A stretch of DNA of 63,607 nucleotides, filler included, from Octopus bimaculoides (lineage: Eukaryota): the NCBI RefSeq assembly GCF_001194135.2. It is 5 parts of 5 records of this genome, joined end to end, with 100 filler letters (N's around TTAATTAATTAA, not from the genome) between each part and the next. Parts side by side here need not be neighbours in the genome. Positions count along the whole stretch, not along the records: positions 20,141 to 33,263 come from NC_068982.1; positions 33,364 to 51,326 come from NC_068983.1; 3 more parts are not named here. The stretch is one strand, 5' to 3'. The notes under the pieces were generated by a model. It saw only the letters and a program-made list of their open reading frames with translations, ran no database searches and had not been told where the DNA came from. Position 1 is the stretch's first letter. Each line of letters opens with the position of its first letter. This document shows positions 26,134-39,628 of this stretch, piece after piece. The translations under genes and the position numbers were made by a program.

Positions 26134-27209
26134 NNNNNNNNNNNNNNNNNNNNNNNNNNNNNNNNNNNNNNNNNNNNNNNNNNNNNNNNNNNNNNNNNNN
26201 NNNNNNNNNNNNNNNNNNNNNNNNNNNNNNNNNNNNNNNNNNNNNNNNNNNNNNNNNNNNNNNNNNNNNNNNNNNNNNNNAAACATCTCTCTAGTTGATA
26301 TTAAATCTCTATATATGTCTGTATGTATGTATACGTATGTGTTTGTATGTATATGTATATATTTATATATGTGTGTGTGTGCACGTGCTTTTATGTATAT
26401 GTACGTTTAGGTATCTTTGTATGTTAGTGTAAGGCGTATGTGTATATGTGTATGGGAATATTCTTTCTTGGTGTAATATTCTTAATAAGCCCCAGCAGCT
26501 TATAATGTCACCATTGATATGGTTGCACATAATCAACGATTTTGACGTCGTTGATCTTTGTATATATACACATATATACATGTGTGCGAGTAGGTTTATT
26601 TGTATATCTATTCGCATGTAGCTGTGTATGTTTGTGTATGCGTGTCATGAGTCTCTATGTCTGTAAATATGTCTGCATATGTGTGATTGTGAGTGTAAAT
26701 TTCAATTTCCAATGTTGTCAGATTAATTTAATTAGTATCTTATTGCAAGATTGTACTTGAAACGAGAGAAATAAGAGAGATAAACTGTCATTTGTAAAAA
26801 ATAATTAATTCTCAAAGGTCTTCTTTGTTAGAAGATAAGCCTTTATCATGAAAATATCTCAAAATCCGATATCGTTATTTGGGAATTCGACAAATGTTCC
26901 ACGTTATTTGCTAAATGTTTCATATCGCATCTAAATTTATGTAAATGAATATCGTCTATAATATCTCTATGGCACCGTGGAGATAACCAAACATCTAATT
27001 AAGCTTTTCTCAATTAGTGACTGTCGAATGCAAAAATGACTTTTAACGTCTTCCCTACGTAATTTTAATTCCTTTATTTATTAATAATGAACCTAATTTG
27101 ATGAGGCACCAGCGATGTCTTCATAAATACTTTATATTCCTATTTGTACTTGTATCTGTTTTTTCAAAACACGTATATCTCTTACTTCATCAAAAATTCT
27201 CTCTTTTTC

Positions 27210-27282
<73 letters not shown>

Positions 27283-30200
27283 CTCTCTCATATGTCTTAC
27301 TATTTTAACATTTTAATGCATAAAGTTTCATTTTCTTTGTATTTGCTTCTCGTTTGGTATTTAACTCACTAGATCTTATACTATAATACTCCACAAATAC
27401 TCTACGAGGCAGCACTGTATATTATCTACGACAAAGATGGAAGCTTGTCATTGTCGATCTGATAGAAATAGGAGACAATTTTTCGTCAAAACATACACAC
27501 CGAACACATTAGTTAGGGCAGATCTTGCTACTCCTAATGAATAATAAGGTCACGGCTGGAAGGTGCATTATCAGAGTTAAATTGGGACTAAAATGCAATA
27601 ATAACGACAACACAACATTGCCGTCATGAAAGACAGCGTAAGCGTTCATGTAGTTCTCAATCTGGAAGACACATCAGCCAGAATACCTTCAAATCACACT
27701 TTACTCTCATAAATGTGGACGGAAGCATAATGTAGTATAAAATAGACACATGTATCCTGTATGTGCTTGCTTCATGTAAATCTTGTAATAACCATCTGAA
27801 ACCACGGTGGCAGAAGCATTAATAAGAAAATAACCACAAATCACAGTTGCTTAAGGAAACATGAACAATAAATGATGACATTGTACTGTAGAATATCATT
27901 ATATTTTACACGGCAGAAGCATACACCATTTTTTCAACTCAATAATCTAAATTATAATGGAGAAAGCTGCTTATTAATTAGGTATGTAACAGTTACTAAA
28001 AGTACTAGAAGAAAGCAATTATGAGACGCATGACCATCTGGTAATTTTTTCTAAATTCATGTTCCAAGAAATTTCCTATAATTTCGAATTCTGAGCTTTA
28101 TTAAAATTTTATTAAATTTTTGAACTTCAATTTTTCACAAATTCAAATATTCGTTGCATTCACTGCGGAGTATTCCGTTTTCATATTCAAAGTCTTTCAC
28201 TTTCTATTTCAATGTTTTCATTTCAAGTTTTAATTCTCTATTTGGAAAACCCAGTTTATTCTATATACGTAATTTAAAAATATTATTGAATAAAATTTTT
28301 TTAATATACCGTAAAATAAATTAAGTGATTTTGTTGTTATGGCTGTTTGGAACGCTATAATATCTATCCGGACCAATAATAGCCTTACAATAATAACTAT
28401 CCGGACCGATTTTGGTCATTTAAAAAAAATTAAAACCTATGGGAGGAGCCTGTTCGGTAAAAAAAAAAAAATATTTTCAGTGTAAAAGGTGAACAATTAA
28501 AGGGAGGTTTGGCTGTTGTTTCTAGCACAATCCAAACCAAAACTCTCACATGTATTGGTGTCTTTTCAATATTTTTCTCACTTTAAACACATTTTATAGA
28601 ATGATTATGCCGAAGTAGCACACACGTGGTCCATTGGAGGAATATAAGCAACAAAAATAATTGTAATCTGAATTTTTATCCTCACCTCAATCAAGCAAAG
28701 CCGTGTGTGTGTGTAAGAAAAAACATTTTCTAACAGAAAAGTTTACTATTAAAATGAGTTATCGTTTCCGTAACTCTTTCTTTACATCACTGTGGATAAA
28801 TGCTAGNNNNNNNNNNAATGTATTTATGCTGACAAAAATATTGAAAAACATCAATACATGCGCGAGTGATAAAGAAACGTTGAGGGTTGTCTTGGGATGT
28901 GCTAAAAACAACAGCCAAATGTCCCTTACATCACTCACTTTTCCCTCTGAAAATGGTAACATTTTTTTTTTTTTTTTTTGCCGAAAGGCTCCCCTCATGG
29001 TTTTGAAGTGCAACAAAAATTGGCTAAAATAGGTCTGGAGTAGGGTGATGAGAGAGATGCATGGTGTAAAAGACTTTTTTTAAAACTTTTTTTTATGCAA
29101 AGATGCCTCCACCTCCACCGAATCATTTTCGAATGCCGTAATTTAAAAAATGGGGAAAATCCCCGTCAAAGCAGAGTAGTTCTAACTTATTTGGTCTTCC
29201 TGATCCGAAACTTTTCTCCCTACCCCCTCGGCAATAATTCTGCCCACAAATTTCTTTATAATCGTAATCTATTCCGTTTGAACGCAATTTGTATAAACTT
29301 TCATTATAAGATACCCATTTTTCTGAAAGTTATTAGGGGTAACGGCGGATCATGAGATTTTTCCCTAACTCCTCTCTCCACCCCTTAGAAAAATTATTTC
29401 CCGTAAATCCCTATATACTCTGTCGCCACAACATCTAACCGATATTTGGATAAAATTTCCTTAAAAAGTATCTATTCTTCTGAATGTTATGAGGCAACAA
29501 ATTCGGGAGTGTATGCATCTGTAGTTACGCCGTTTTATTTATACGAGTTTTTCATTTCATCTTTATTTCATTCATTCTTTGCAATGTTCTCTCTCCCCAC
29601 TCTCTCAAACACACACACTGCAAATCTTACAGATGGGCTGCTGAATTGAAATCTCTATGTTGCTTTGAGGGGAAGGCAAAACTTGATAAACTGCTTCCCC
29701 TTCCGTTGTTGGACTACCTTTATGTCTGTTTAAAAAATAGAAATTATGAAGTGATAGAATAAGGAAATCAATATTTACTAAGCAAGTGAGCGCTATTATA
29801 CAAAGAAATAAATTGACGTAAAATATAAAAATTATTAGAATTGGGAATCAAATGTGAAACTATTATCAATGGTCTAGTAGAAAACTGCCCAGAGTGCGGT
29901 CTTTCTGCTAGTCTTTAGAATAGCTTTACGTTCTACAAATTTGCACCATGGTCAACATGACTATATACGCTTTTATTCATCAATCTAAAGAAAGGAATAA
30001 GGGACGGATGTATGAATGATGATCAGTGAAATTTCAAAATATTAATAAAAATGTGTTTACTTAGTTTTGGATACATTATTGTCAGCTCATTTTATCTTTA
30101 TGTTAATGTTTGCCAAGGTGCAGCACCATTGTTGTAACAATAACATTTGATATATAAGAAAATTTTGTGATATTGTGGCATTCTAATTAATCATAAGAAC

Positions 30201-32644
30201 ATTTATAAAGAAATAAACATAACGATGAAGTAAAACACAATGTCACACTTCATTCACTGAGAATTTATTTAAGTATTGATTTCCTTTATTAATCTACTAG
30301 TTTTGCTCACTGAAATGTGCCTATCCTATCGCACAGGTTTCTAGAGCATACTCACAAATACATCTGCTGAGAGGTATATATTTTATTGACCTCGTAAATT
30401 GAAAGGCAAGTGCGCCTTGGAGGAGCTTGGAATTAGAATGTAGAATTTAAAGTGAGAACATATGAACTGAACTCAGTATGTAAATGTGTGTAATGAAATA
30501 TTTTATGGTATTTTGTCAGATTTTGCCGATTCTTCCAGTTACTCGCTATAAGTTCAACACATACTAAATGATCGCAAATAACTAATAAATATAAGGCTTA
30601 CTGCAGTATGCCGTGCAAGCCCTGCAAAATTGGTTGTTATTTTATTAGTTTGCTCTGGTGAGTTCAACGTTTTCCACTTGAGAGATTTGGCACCTTACTA
30701 GATTTACCTATAAAAGCAGGTGTTATCATAGAGAAATGACTGGTTATTTCAAACAACCTTCCTCTCTATATAGAAAAAGAGGGTTTATCTCGTTTTTTTG
30801 TTATATTTTTGTGTTCTACAAGCGCAGATAATTCCAGACTAAGTAGTGCTAATATAAAAATTAACCCAACACTGATCACCCTATCCTTTTAGGGGTATTT
30901 CGAGTAAACTGTAAAATATCCCTTGCCTGTATTACAAGTTTAAGGTGATGTTTATGGAGAATTAAATGTAAACAGATAAAGGCTCTTTCCTTGTACCAGA
31001 GAGGTAACCAGCTCTTGTCTAAAAATACGGAAAAGGACCCGGTTGCTATTGTTTTTGTCATTTGCAGGTATGATTGTTATTAAAACACAGTAACAATCTG
31101 TTCTGCTGGTGTATCTAAGATCGCATTACACATTGTATTCTTCAGTTTTATGTAGGCCATGATTTGTTGAATATTTTGCATATCGAGTAATCATATAAAT
31201 GTTCCCGTTACTAGTTCGAAGATATTTTGGTTTATAGGTGTCGTTCTGATTTTTTTTATGGTTGAAATAGTACAATTTTAGTTTTATGATAGTGCACTGT
31301 TTTGTTGGTTCAGTTAATTAGTGAGATTTTTGCGAAAAATCTTATGTTAATAAGTCTAAAGGCAAAACAATTTACTGTTTTGGTATTTTTGTTTTATAGT
31401 TTGTATTTATTATTATTTTTGTATATTTGGTTTGTATATTTGGTTTTAATTACCAAAGTTAACGATGCTAAAGAAATCAAATGAATTGAAAATGACCAGA
31501 TTAACTGAATCTGCTATTTACAGTGAAATTCTAAAATAGTTTTATTTTCAAACTTGCATTTATCTAGATATCATTTTTATTGCTTCAGAGTCGAAGTATC
31601 TACTGTTTCATAATGCACACATATGGCCTCTCAATGACATACGATAGTGGATATACAAAAGTATGTGTGTAATGTTATACATTGTTATTTGTCCATTTTT
31701 TTAGTGAGCGAAGTTTGTTTGAAGGTACTGACCCAATTCTTCTTGAAGTAGCGTGATTTCAATTCAATTTGTAATGTAAACTTAGATATAACAAATATAA
31801 AAACAAAGACGTGTGTGTTGTACAGGTTGGAGAATATAAAAGAGTTTTTAAAATTTTGGTTGCCGTCATTTAGCGCTGATCCAGCAGCTATGCAATTCAA
31901 TGCATGCCAAGTTTTATCCTCTTTTCATATAGGCCTAATTACAAACTTGTTGAAATCACCTCAAGCCATTCTTAATCCCACATACCTACAATAATTTTTT
32001 TAACATAGCGTATTTAGAATTACCATACTAAGCTTATCGTTTCTTAAGATATTGAGATATGAGTGAATAATCGTTGCTAGTTCTCGTTGATCAAGGAATG
32101 ATTTAGAGCTTCTCTCGTTGACACAGGATATACAAAATGCGATTACTTTGAGTTGCTTAAGAAACTAATTCTCCACAGTATTTAGAGGGATATATATTGC
32201 CTAATCGCTTTCACGATACAATTTTCAATTGTTGGATCAACGCAATGCCAACGCATTAAACTAAGGTGTGTTTCAGTATTCCACCGATATGCATACACGT
32301 ACAGTCATACTTGCACAAAAGTTGTTTCACATACTGAGATTCCTATATCCTTGAGGTAGAGGTACAGTCCAACCGACAGCTTTTAAAGCATTTCCACCTG
32401 CCGTTCTTTCATAAGATTTAGGTCAACCCGATACTTAGACACGATATTATGATAATAATGACAAGAATGTTCGGATATACTTGCATCTCATGGCGTCTCC
32501 TTTTTTACACTATTCGGTTACGCTCTACCTTTATGTTCTATGTTCAATGCTCAACTACATCAACATTTCCACATCGATCAGATTAAATGTATTTAGCCTT
32601 GCTATTCCGCCTATTAAGGACTATATTATCCAATCTACCCTTTC

Positions 32645-33116
32645 TGACAGGCGCCTATGATAGATGTAGATGGCAAAATACCTACAATCCACTCTAAAAG
32701 TTATTTTCAAAGATCAGCAACAGGTACGAACGCGAGGGAAGGAGCAAGATAATTTACAAGATTATGGATATTTCTATATCTCGATCTTTCACGCTCTTCA
32801 AAAATTTGCTCTGCGATCTTCAGTAGAAATATACCAGTTAATATATAAACACATTTGTGTGTATGTATTGGTATCTGGGGTGAATTTACCGGTTGGTACG
32901 TATATTTCTCGTTTATACATTAATTGGTATCTTTCTCCTCAAGATCGCAGAGCAATGTTTTTCAGAACGTGAAATCTCGAGGTATAAAATTATCCATAAT
33001 CTTGTATATTTTCTTGCTGATTCCTTCGTGTTCATGCCTGTGTTTGATTTTTAGAGAACAACGTTTAGAGTGGATTGTAGATATTTGACATCTACTTCTA
33101 TGATAGGCGCCGGTCA
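32645..33116. mobile_element. Foldback/MITE with about 205-bp imperfect terminal inverted repeats and a 60-bp spacer
   Basis: Left arm TGACAGGCGCCTATGATAGATGTAGATGGCAAAATACCTACAATCCACTCTAAA... matches the reverse complement of 32911-33116 (roughly 80% by eye). Confidence 0.85.
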
Positions 33117-33219
33117 TGTCTGGCAGCCCTTATTATAATTATATTTTTATAATTATATACGTAAAATAATTATTGTTACCTATTCGGTCATATGTGCTAA
33201 GCCACTGATACAATCATCT

Positions 33220-33263
<44 letters not shown>

Positions 33264-33369
33264 NNNNNNNNNNNNNNNNNNNNNNNNNNNNNNNNNNNNN
33301 NNNNNNNTTAATTAATTAANNNNNNNNNNNNNNNNNNNNNNNNNNNNNNNNNNNNNNNNNNNNAAAAAA

Positions 33370-33625
33370 AAAAACAAATCATAAATCAAACAAACGTTTG
33401 GATGTGGCACAAGTAATGTATTAATAAGACGCTCAGAGAAGAAAAAGAGTAGAAGTGTTACTTTTCGAGCATAGCTCTTCTTCGGACACGGGAAGAAACA
33501 GGAAAGTCCAAGGCGGAAACAGGAAAGTCCAAGCCGGAAAAAAAGAATCGCCAACATCCACGTGCGATCACATTTTTGAAGTAAGTGACCGGAAGTAGGA
33601 ATGAAGAAAAAATGCTTTCTGGGAC

Positions 33626-33630
<5 letters not shown>
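33370..33630 (-). mobile_element. Penelope-like pseudo-LTR piece with a decayed hammerhead (33455-33489)
   Basis: Minus GUGU-CCGAAGA-A-GAGC-UAU-GCUC-GAA-AAGU-A-ACAC, followed by a CTGAGCGT..TAATAC tail like 40250 and 61265. Confidence 0.55.
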
Positions 33631-33656
<26 letters not shown>

Positions 33657-34108
33657 TGTCATTGTTCAGTTTTATTTCAAGATTTCTAGGCAATAAAGAG
33701 CCAGTTTCTAACCTAGATCCAAGGCTCTTTCATTGGAATTTCAACAGCAACAACAGGGTACTTTTGTTTGTATGTATGTATATGTGCAGATTTGTATGTT
33801 TTGCTTTATCTATGTATTTTCATGCATATATTTGCATAATCTAGACATGTTCATGTATATTTAAATGATAAACTTCAGGAAAGTTTTATAGAGTTTTTCA
33901 GTTCCAGTGATGGATTGGATCTGTAGTCTTCGAATTAGCTTTCTCTTTTCTGGTTTTGAGAATCTTAATTTTTCCAGATTGGTATTTAGGCAGTATGTTA
34001 CATATCCCAAGGCCCCAATAATTACAGGTATAAACCTGAACTTGTAATCTGGATAGAATATCTGCATATTTCTCAATAGTTCAGCGTAGGTATTCTCATT
34101 TTCGTATG
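33657..34108 (-). mobile_element. R4/Dong/NeSL-like RLE retrotransposon, 5'-truncated copy embedded in (TATG)n
   Basis: Minus frame ENTYAELLRNMQIFYPDYKFRFIPVIIGALGYVTYCLNTNLEKL..LQIQSITGT..* fits the RLE C-terminal KY..L..L......P(V/I)IGALG pattern; (TATG)n lies on both flanks. Confidence 0.8.
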
Positions 34109-34384
34109 CAGACATGTATGCATGTATGTATGCATGTATGTATGCTTGTATGTATGTATGTATGTATGTATGTATGTATGTATGTATGTATGTATGTATG
34201 TGTATATTTGCGAAAGAGGACAACAGACGTCATGGCCTAACAAGCATCTCATGCCATATACATTATTCTATATTATTCTTAAATTAGATGAGATCTTACA
34301 GCTGTTTCTGAGATATCTCAAGTGATAGGCGACTGTGCTTAAATATGGCTTAAATATGTGTATTAAATATACACATATATATGC

Positions 34385-34448
<64 letters not shown>

Positions 34449-34594
34449 ACTGGGGCCCCGCCTCTTTTAAAGACTGGTCCTTATTCTGTCATTCTCTTTA
34501 TATATATGTACGGAAATGCAAACATAACAACACGTTGTCAAGTGGTGGTTGGAGGACAAACACAGACAACAAGGCACACACAAACACACACACG

Positions 34595-34631
<37 letters not shown>

Positions 34632-36314
34632 GTATGTATAGATAGATAGACATAAGTCATTTGTCTATAATATATATATATACATATATGTGTGTGTTTT
34701 TGTGTGTGTTTGTGTGCGTGCGTGTGTGCGTGTATGTGTATGTGCATGCATATACATCTACAATGTATAATACATAGCATACACACACATGCATACACAC
34801 ACACATGCACACACACACACACAGATGCAGACAGAGAGACATATATAAGTATGAATGCATATTTAAAAACACAAATAAAAATAGACAGATACAGAAGGTG
34901 TGTGTGTATGTGTGTGTGAGAGAGAGGGGGAGAGACAGAGAAACAGCGTGTGTGTGTGAGTGTGTGTATGTGTGCGTGTGTGTGTGAGAGAGAGACAGAG
35001 AAACAGCGTGTGTGTGTGAGTGTGTGAGAGAGAGAGAGAGAGAGAAACAGACAGACAGAAAAGACAACTGAGTAAATGGTGTTACATCTAGTTTATTACG
35101 TAGAATATCTTTCATCATTGAATGAAATCTGGAAGAGCAATCATGAGACCACTGACAGCCGTTCCTTCATAGATATTGAAGACTCTCAAAGGAATTTTGC
35201 CAGCATTTTAACACATTTCTTGGCGATTTTAATCTGTCAGTAGATTAAGATCTTATGTAAACTGTAGTTAAAATAGATTAGCTAGATTTTATTTGTCTAT
35301 TAATGTTTATTGTTTATATTTCTGACTCGAAATAAAATAAAATAGAGCCTGTCGTGATCATGTGTTTTATTCTCAAGAGTAATCTAGTAATTCAAGTATA
35401 TTTCGGATGTCTTCGTTATATTTCCTTGTATATTTTGTATTAATATGCATTATGATTATTTATATTGGCACATGGATACAGTTATGTAAGAGAGAAATAT
35501 AGTCGTTTGAATCTAGTCAAATATATTTGTAATTCTATATATTGAAACCAGAGAGATGTAAAAATAAACAAAACAATATGGTAGCCATGAGGAACGTAAA
35601 AGGCGTAAAGAATTTTATGCTGGACTCCTGTCGTTTCTGCTTCTCCATTAACTTAAATGTGAAGTTAACACAATCATAGTATTGCAGCAATGAGGAAATA
35701 TTTGCTCAGTGACATGTGATCTTGGTAATTTCAAATGACGATCCCAGTCATGGTTTAGAGTCATTAAACCGCTACATCATAAGATAACCATTCACTGCTT
35801 ACGAGATTGGCAAGAAAAGAATTACAATATACATGTACAATGGTTTACAAGAATAAGCGAAAGAAAGACATCAATAATGACTGAGAAAAATTCGTGAGAG
35901 TGTTATCCATGATGAACAATATATTTCTCAGTGAACTTAAGATGGTGGATACAGTACGGTAACGTTCTATGATCTGCTGATGAAGCTAAATTAACAGCGA
36001 AAGAAATCAGGAATTATAGGCCAAACTAAGTGGAAACTGAAACTGAGGTTAGTTCTTAATTTAGTTTTCTTTTTTACACAACATATTTATTTCTAGCCAC
36101 CGTTTTAATATTAACTGCGTTAAATATGTTACTGTATTTCACACAGTTCTAATTACGATTGAATGAAACAGATATTTAGTAAAACGATCAATATTATATG
36201 TACAAAGGTAAAGTGATATTATGGGAAGAGAAGTTAGATTCTCCTAAGCAGGTACATCGATGTTCTCAGAATTTAGTTTAATTTTTCCATTTATCAGGTT
36301 ATATACATACATGT

Positions 36315-36598
36315 GAAAGCGCGTGGCTTAGTGATTAGGGCATTCGGCTCACCATCGTAAGTTTGTGAGTTCAATTCCCGGTGATGCGTTGTCTTTATTT
36401 TACGTGGCTCCAGTTCACTCAGGTGGCAAAAATGAGTAGTATCTGTATTTCAAAAGGTCCAACCTTGTTACACTCTGTGTCACGCTGAATCTCCCTGAGA
36501 ACTACATTAAGGGTACATGTGTCTGTGGAGTACTCAGCCACTTGTACGTTAATTTCACGAGCAAGCTGTTCTGTTGATCGTAACCGACGGAGTGCTCC
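36315..36598 (+). mobile_element. SINE family B, full length, followed by (TA)n
   Basis: GCGCGTGGCTTAGTG (A-box), GAGTTCAATTCCC (B-box), CORE-like centre and family B tail. Confidence 0.9.
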
Positions 36599-37169
36599 TA
36601 GATATATATATATATATATATATATANNNNNNNNNNNNNNNNNNNNNNNNNNNNNNNNNNNNNNNNNNNNNNNNNNNNNNNNNNNNNNNNNNNNNNNNNN
36701 NNNNNNNNNNNNNNNNNNNNNNNNNNNNNNNNNNNNNNNNNNNNNNNNNNNNNNNNNNNNNNNNNNNNNNNNNNNNNNNNNNNNNNNNNNNNNNNNNNNN
36801 NNNNNNNNNNNNNNNNNNNNNNNNNNNNNNNNNNNNNNNNNNNNNNNNNNNNNNNNNNNNNNNNNNNNNNNNNNNNNNNNNNNNNNNNNNNNNNNNNNNN
36901 NNNNNNNNNNNNNNNNNNNNNNNNNNNNNNNNNNNNNNNNNNNNNNNNNNNNNNNNNNNNNNNNNNNNNNNNNNNNNNNNNNNNNNNNNNNNNNNNNNNN
37001 NNNNNNNNNNNNNNNNNNNNNNNNNNNNNNNNNNNNNNNNNNNNNNNNNNNNNNNNNNNNNNNNNNNNNNNNNNNNNNNNNNNNNNNNNNNNNNNNNNNN
37101 NNNNNNNNNNNNNNNNNNNNNNNNNNNNNNNNNNNNNNNNNNNNNNNNNNNNNNNNNNNNNNNNNNNNN

Positions 37170-37236
<67 letters not shown>

Positions 37237-37442
37237 TATATGCAGCGTATAGCAAGGGGAAAACTCCTGGTGAACAACATACGCCAATATGTTTGATTCT
37301 ATTCCAAGAGGAAGCCAATTCACTTCAACTGTTCACAGTGCACATTCTCTCTGTCTTTCTTTCTCCCTGTCTTTCTTTCTCTCTTTCTTTCTGTTATTCT
37401 CTCTCAAGTTATTTATACAACTGTCTATTTATCGGTAAAAAA

Positions 37443-37496
<54 letters not shown>

Positions 37497-37577
37497 ATGT
37501 TTGTCTATCTGTCTGTTTGTCTGTCTGTCCGTCTGTCTGTCTATCTACACACACACGCACACACTACACACATACAC

Positions 37578-37990
37578 ACCATCTTCAGTTTCAAGACGAA
37601 TGGTGTTCTTCCATCAGGATAATGCTCTGCCACATACAGCAAGGATGACATTCCAAAAGCTGGAGCAGTTTGAATGGGAAACGATGCCCCACCCAACATA
37701 TTGGCTGGGCATTACCCCATCTGATTATCATTTATTCCGCAGTCTTCAAAATCATTTGGACGAAAATATATGAATTTTGAAGACGAGGTCAGAACAGTTC
37801 TGGAGGGGTATCTTTCGTCACAGACAAGTCAATTTTAGAAGAGGGACCTTGCAAGTCTACCAGAAAGATGGAAGAGTATTGTAGAAAATGAAGGAGAGTA
37901 TATTTTAGATTAAAATAGAATTTATTTATCTTAATTTTGAAAAATAAAAGAAGTATAAAAAAACCGCATTATTTATGGGATGACCCATTA
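37578..37990 (+). mobile_element. Mariner (DD34D-type) 3' half with right TIR
   Basis: VFFHQDNALPHTARMT..WETMPHP..PSDYHLFRSLQNHL; TIR AAAAACCGCATTATTTATGGGATGACCCATTA|TA. Confidence 0.92.
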
Positions 37991-37998
37991 TATATTAT

Positions 37999-38400
37999 AG
38001 GCGCAGGCGTGGCTGTGTGGTAGGAACCGTACTTCCCAACCACATGGTTCTGGGTTCAGTCCCAATGTGTGACACCTTGGGCAAGTGCCTTCTGCTATAG
38101 CCTCGGGCCAACCAAAGCCTTGTGAGTGGATTTGGGAGACGGAAACTGAAAGAAGCCCGTCGTATATATATATATATATTCATGTGCATGTGTGTGTTTG
38201 TGTCTGTGTTTGTCCTACCATCGTCGCTTCATGACCGATGTTGGTGTGCTTATATACCCGTAACTTAGGGGTTCGGCAAAAGAGACCGATAGAATAAGTA
38301 CGAAGCTTACAAAGAATAAGTCCTGGAGTCGATTTGCTCGATCAAAGGCGGTGCTCCAGCATGGCCACAGTCAAATGACTGAAACAAGAAAAAGAATAAA
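37999..38400 (+). mobile_element. SINE family C, full length with an internal (TA)/(TG) tract
   Basis: GGCGCAGGCGTGGCTGTGTGG..GGTTCAGTCCC..CACCTTGGGCAAGTG..GGAAACTGAAAGAAGCCC..GGCGGTGCTCCAGCATGGCC..GACTGAAACAAG. Confidence 0.88.
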
Positions 38401-38461
38401 AGAACAAAAAGAATATATACATATATCTATATATTTATATGTACATATATATATATGTGTG

Positions 38462-38536
<75 letters not shown>

Positions 38537-38688
38537 ATGTGAATACTTATATCCAGGAGCAAGCTGGCTCTAGCTGCAAATGCCAATGAACAGAGTACCG
38601 TGAAGATAAAAGAAAAGACTGATGAACCGTACTGGTGGCACTGGTAAATTACAGGAAATAGCAGCCAGAATTTTCTCTTTATTATTAC

Positions 38689-38742
<54 letters not shown>

Positions 38743-39006
38743 TTCTGCTTTCTTTTTTTTTGCTATTTAGAAGAGACAAAATAATTTCTCGATATATGAT
38801 TGGAATGTTTAGTTTTATACGCATGAACGTACGAAGACATTCCGTGAAGGCAGCGTTGAAAATTATGATAAATAAGAGAGTTTGAGAATATGCTTATATA
38901 TTGTGTGTATATTTACAAGTAAGCACATATATATACATGTATGTATATGCATATACATTTATAAATATGTGTGTCTGTGTCTATAAATAGATATACACAT
39001 TTATAT

Positions 39007-39061
<55 letters not shown>

Positions 39062-39064
39062 GCC

Positions 39065-39103
<39 letters not shown>

Positions 39104-39628
39104 TTGTCTGTTTATTTATCTATCTATCTACAATAGATTCCTGGTCGTGGCGTATAACCCATCAGAATGTTACCGACATTTTCACGCCAACTACTGCCTT
39201 TAACAATAATGACCGGAAGTGCAGAGGTTCTTTTACGTTGGAGGTGAATTCAAGGTTTTTGTACGCTCGGTGGTGGTCAACAATGGGAAAAAATTGTGCC
39301 GGAAAGTTGTAATATTTTGCAAGATGGAAAAAGAGGCAGCTTCTCTGTTTCGATGTCAGCTATGCCTGCGTATTTGCCAAAACGAATTTCCTATCACGCG
39401 GGCAGTAACTGAATATTTCCCTTCTTGAATTCAGGTAGGCTAACAATGCCTACTTCAATAGGCATAACTTAAGGGTCTCGTTCATCTGTGCACCAAATGT
39501 CAGAAACATATTAGTGAATGATCCTAAGTATCTTGCAGAGGTAGAATAGAATTAGCAGTGAGTTCTCGGTGTGTAATTGATGCAACAACGAGACACATGT
39601 AAGACCCGTTGAAATAATGACAAGTTAT

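Noticed and set aside
30607-30656. Possible first coding exon of nrf-6-like (MPCKPCKIGCYLLVCS|gtgagt)
   Set aside because: It has a good donor but is only 49 nt, a poor signal peptide, and separated from the gene by two artificial linkers.
31589-31960. Several short AG..GT segments (31589-31660, 31826 onward)
   Set aside because: No consistent phase chain or recognisable protein could be built.
36315-36390. tRNA-like sequences (also 8318, 20470, 38000, 54118, 61676)
   Set aside because: A- and B-boxes are present but there is no complete cloverleaf or acceptor stem, and they continue into SINE bodies.
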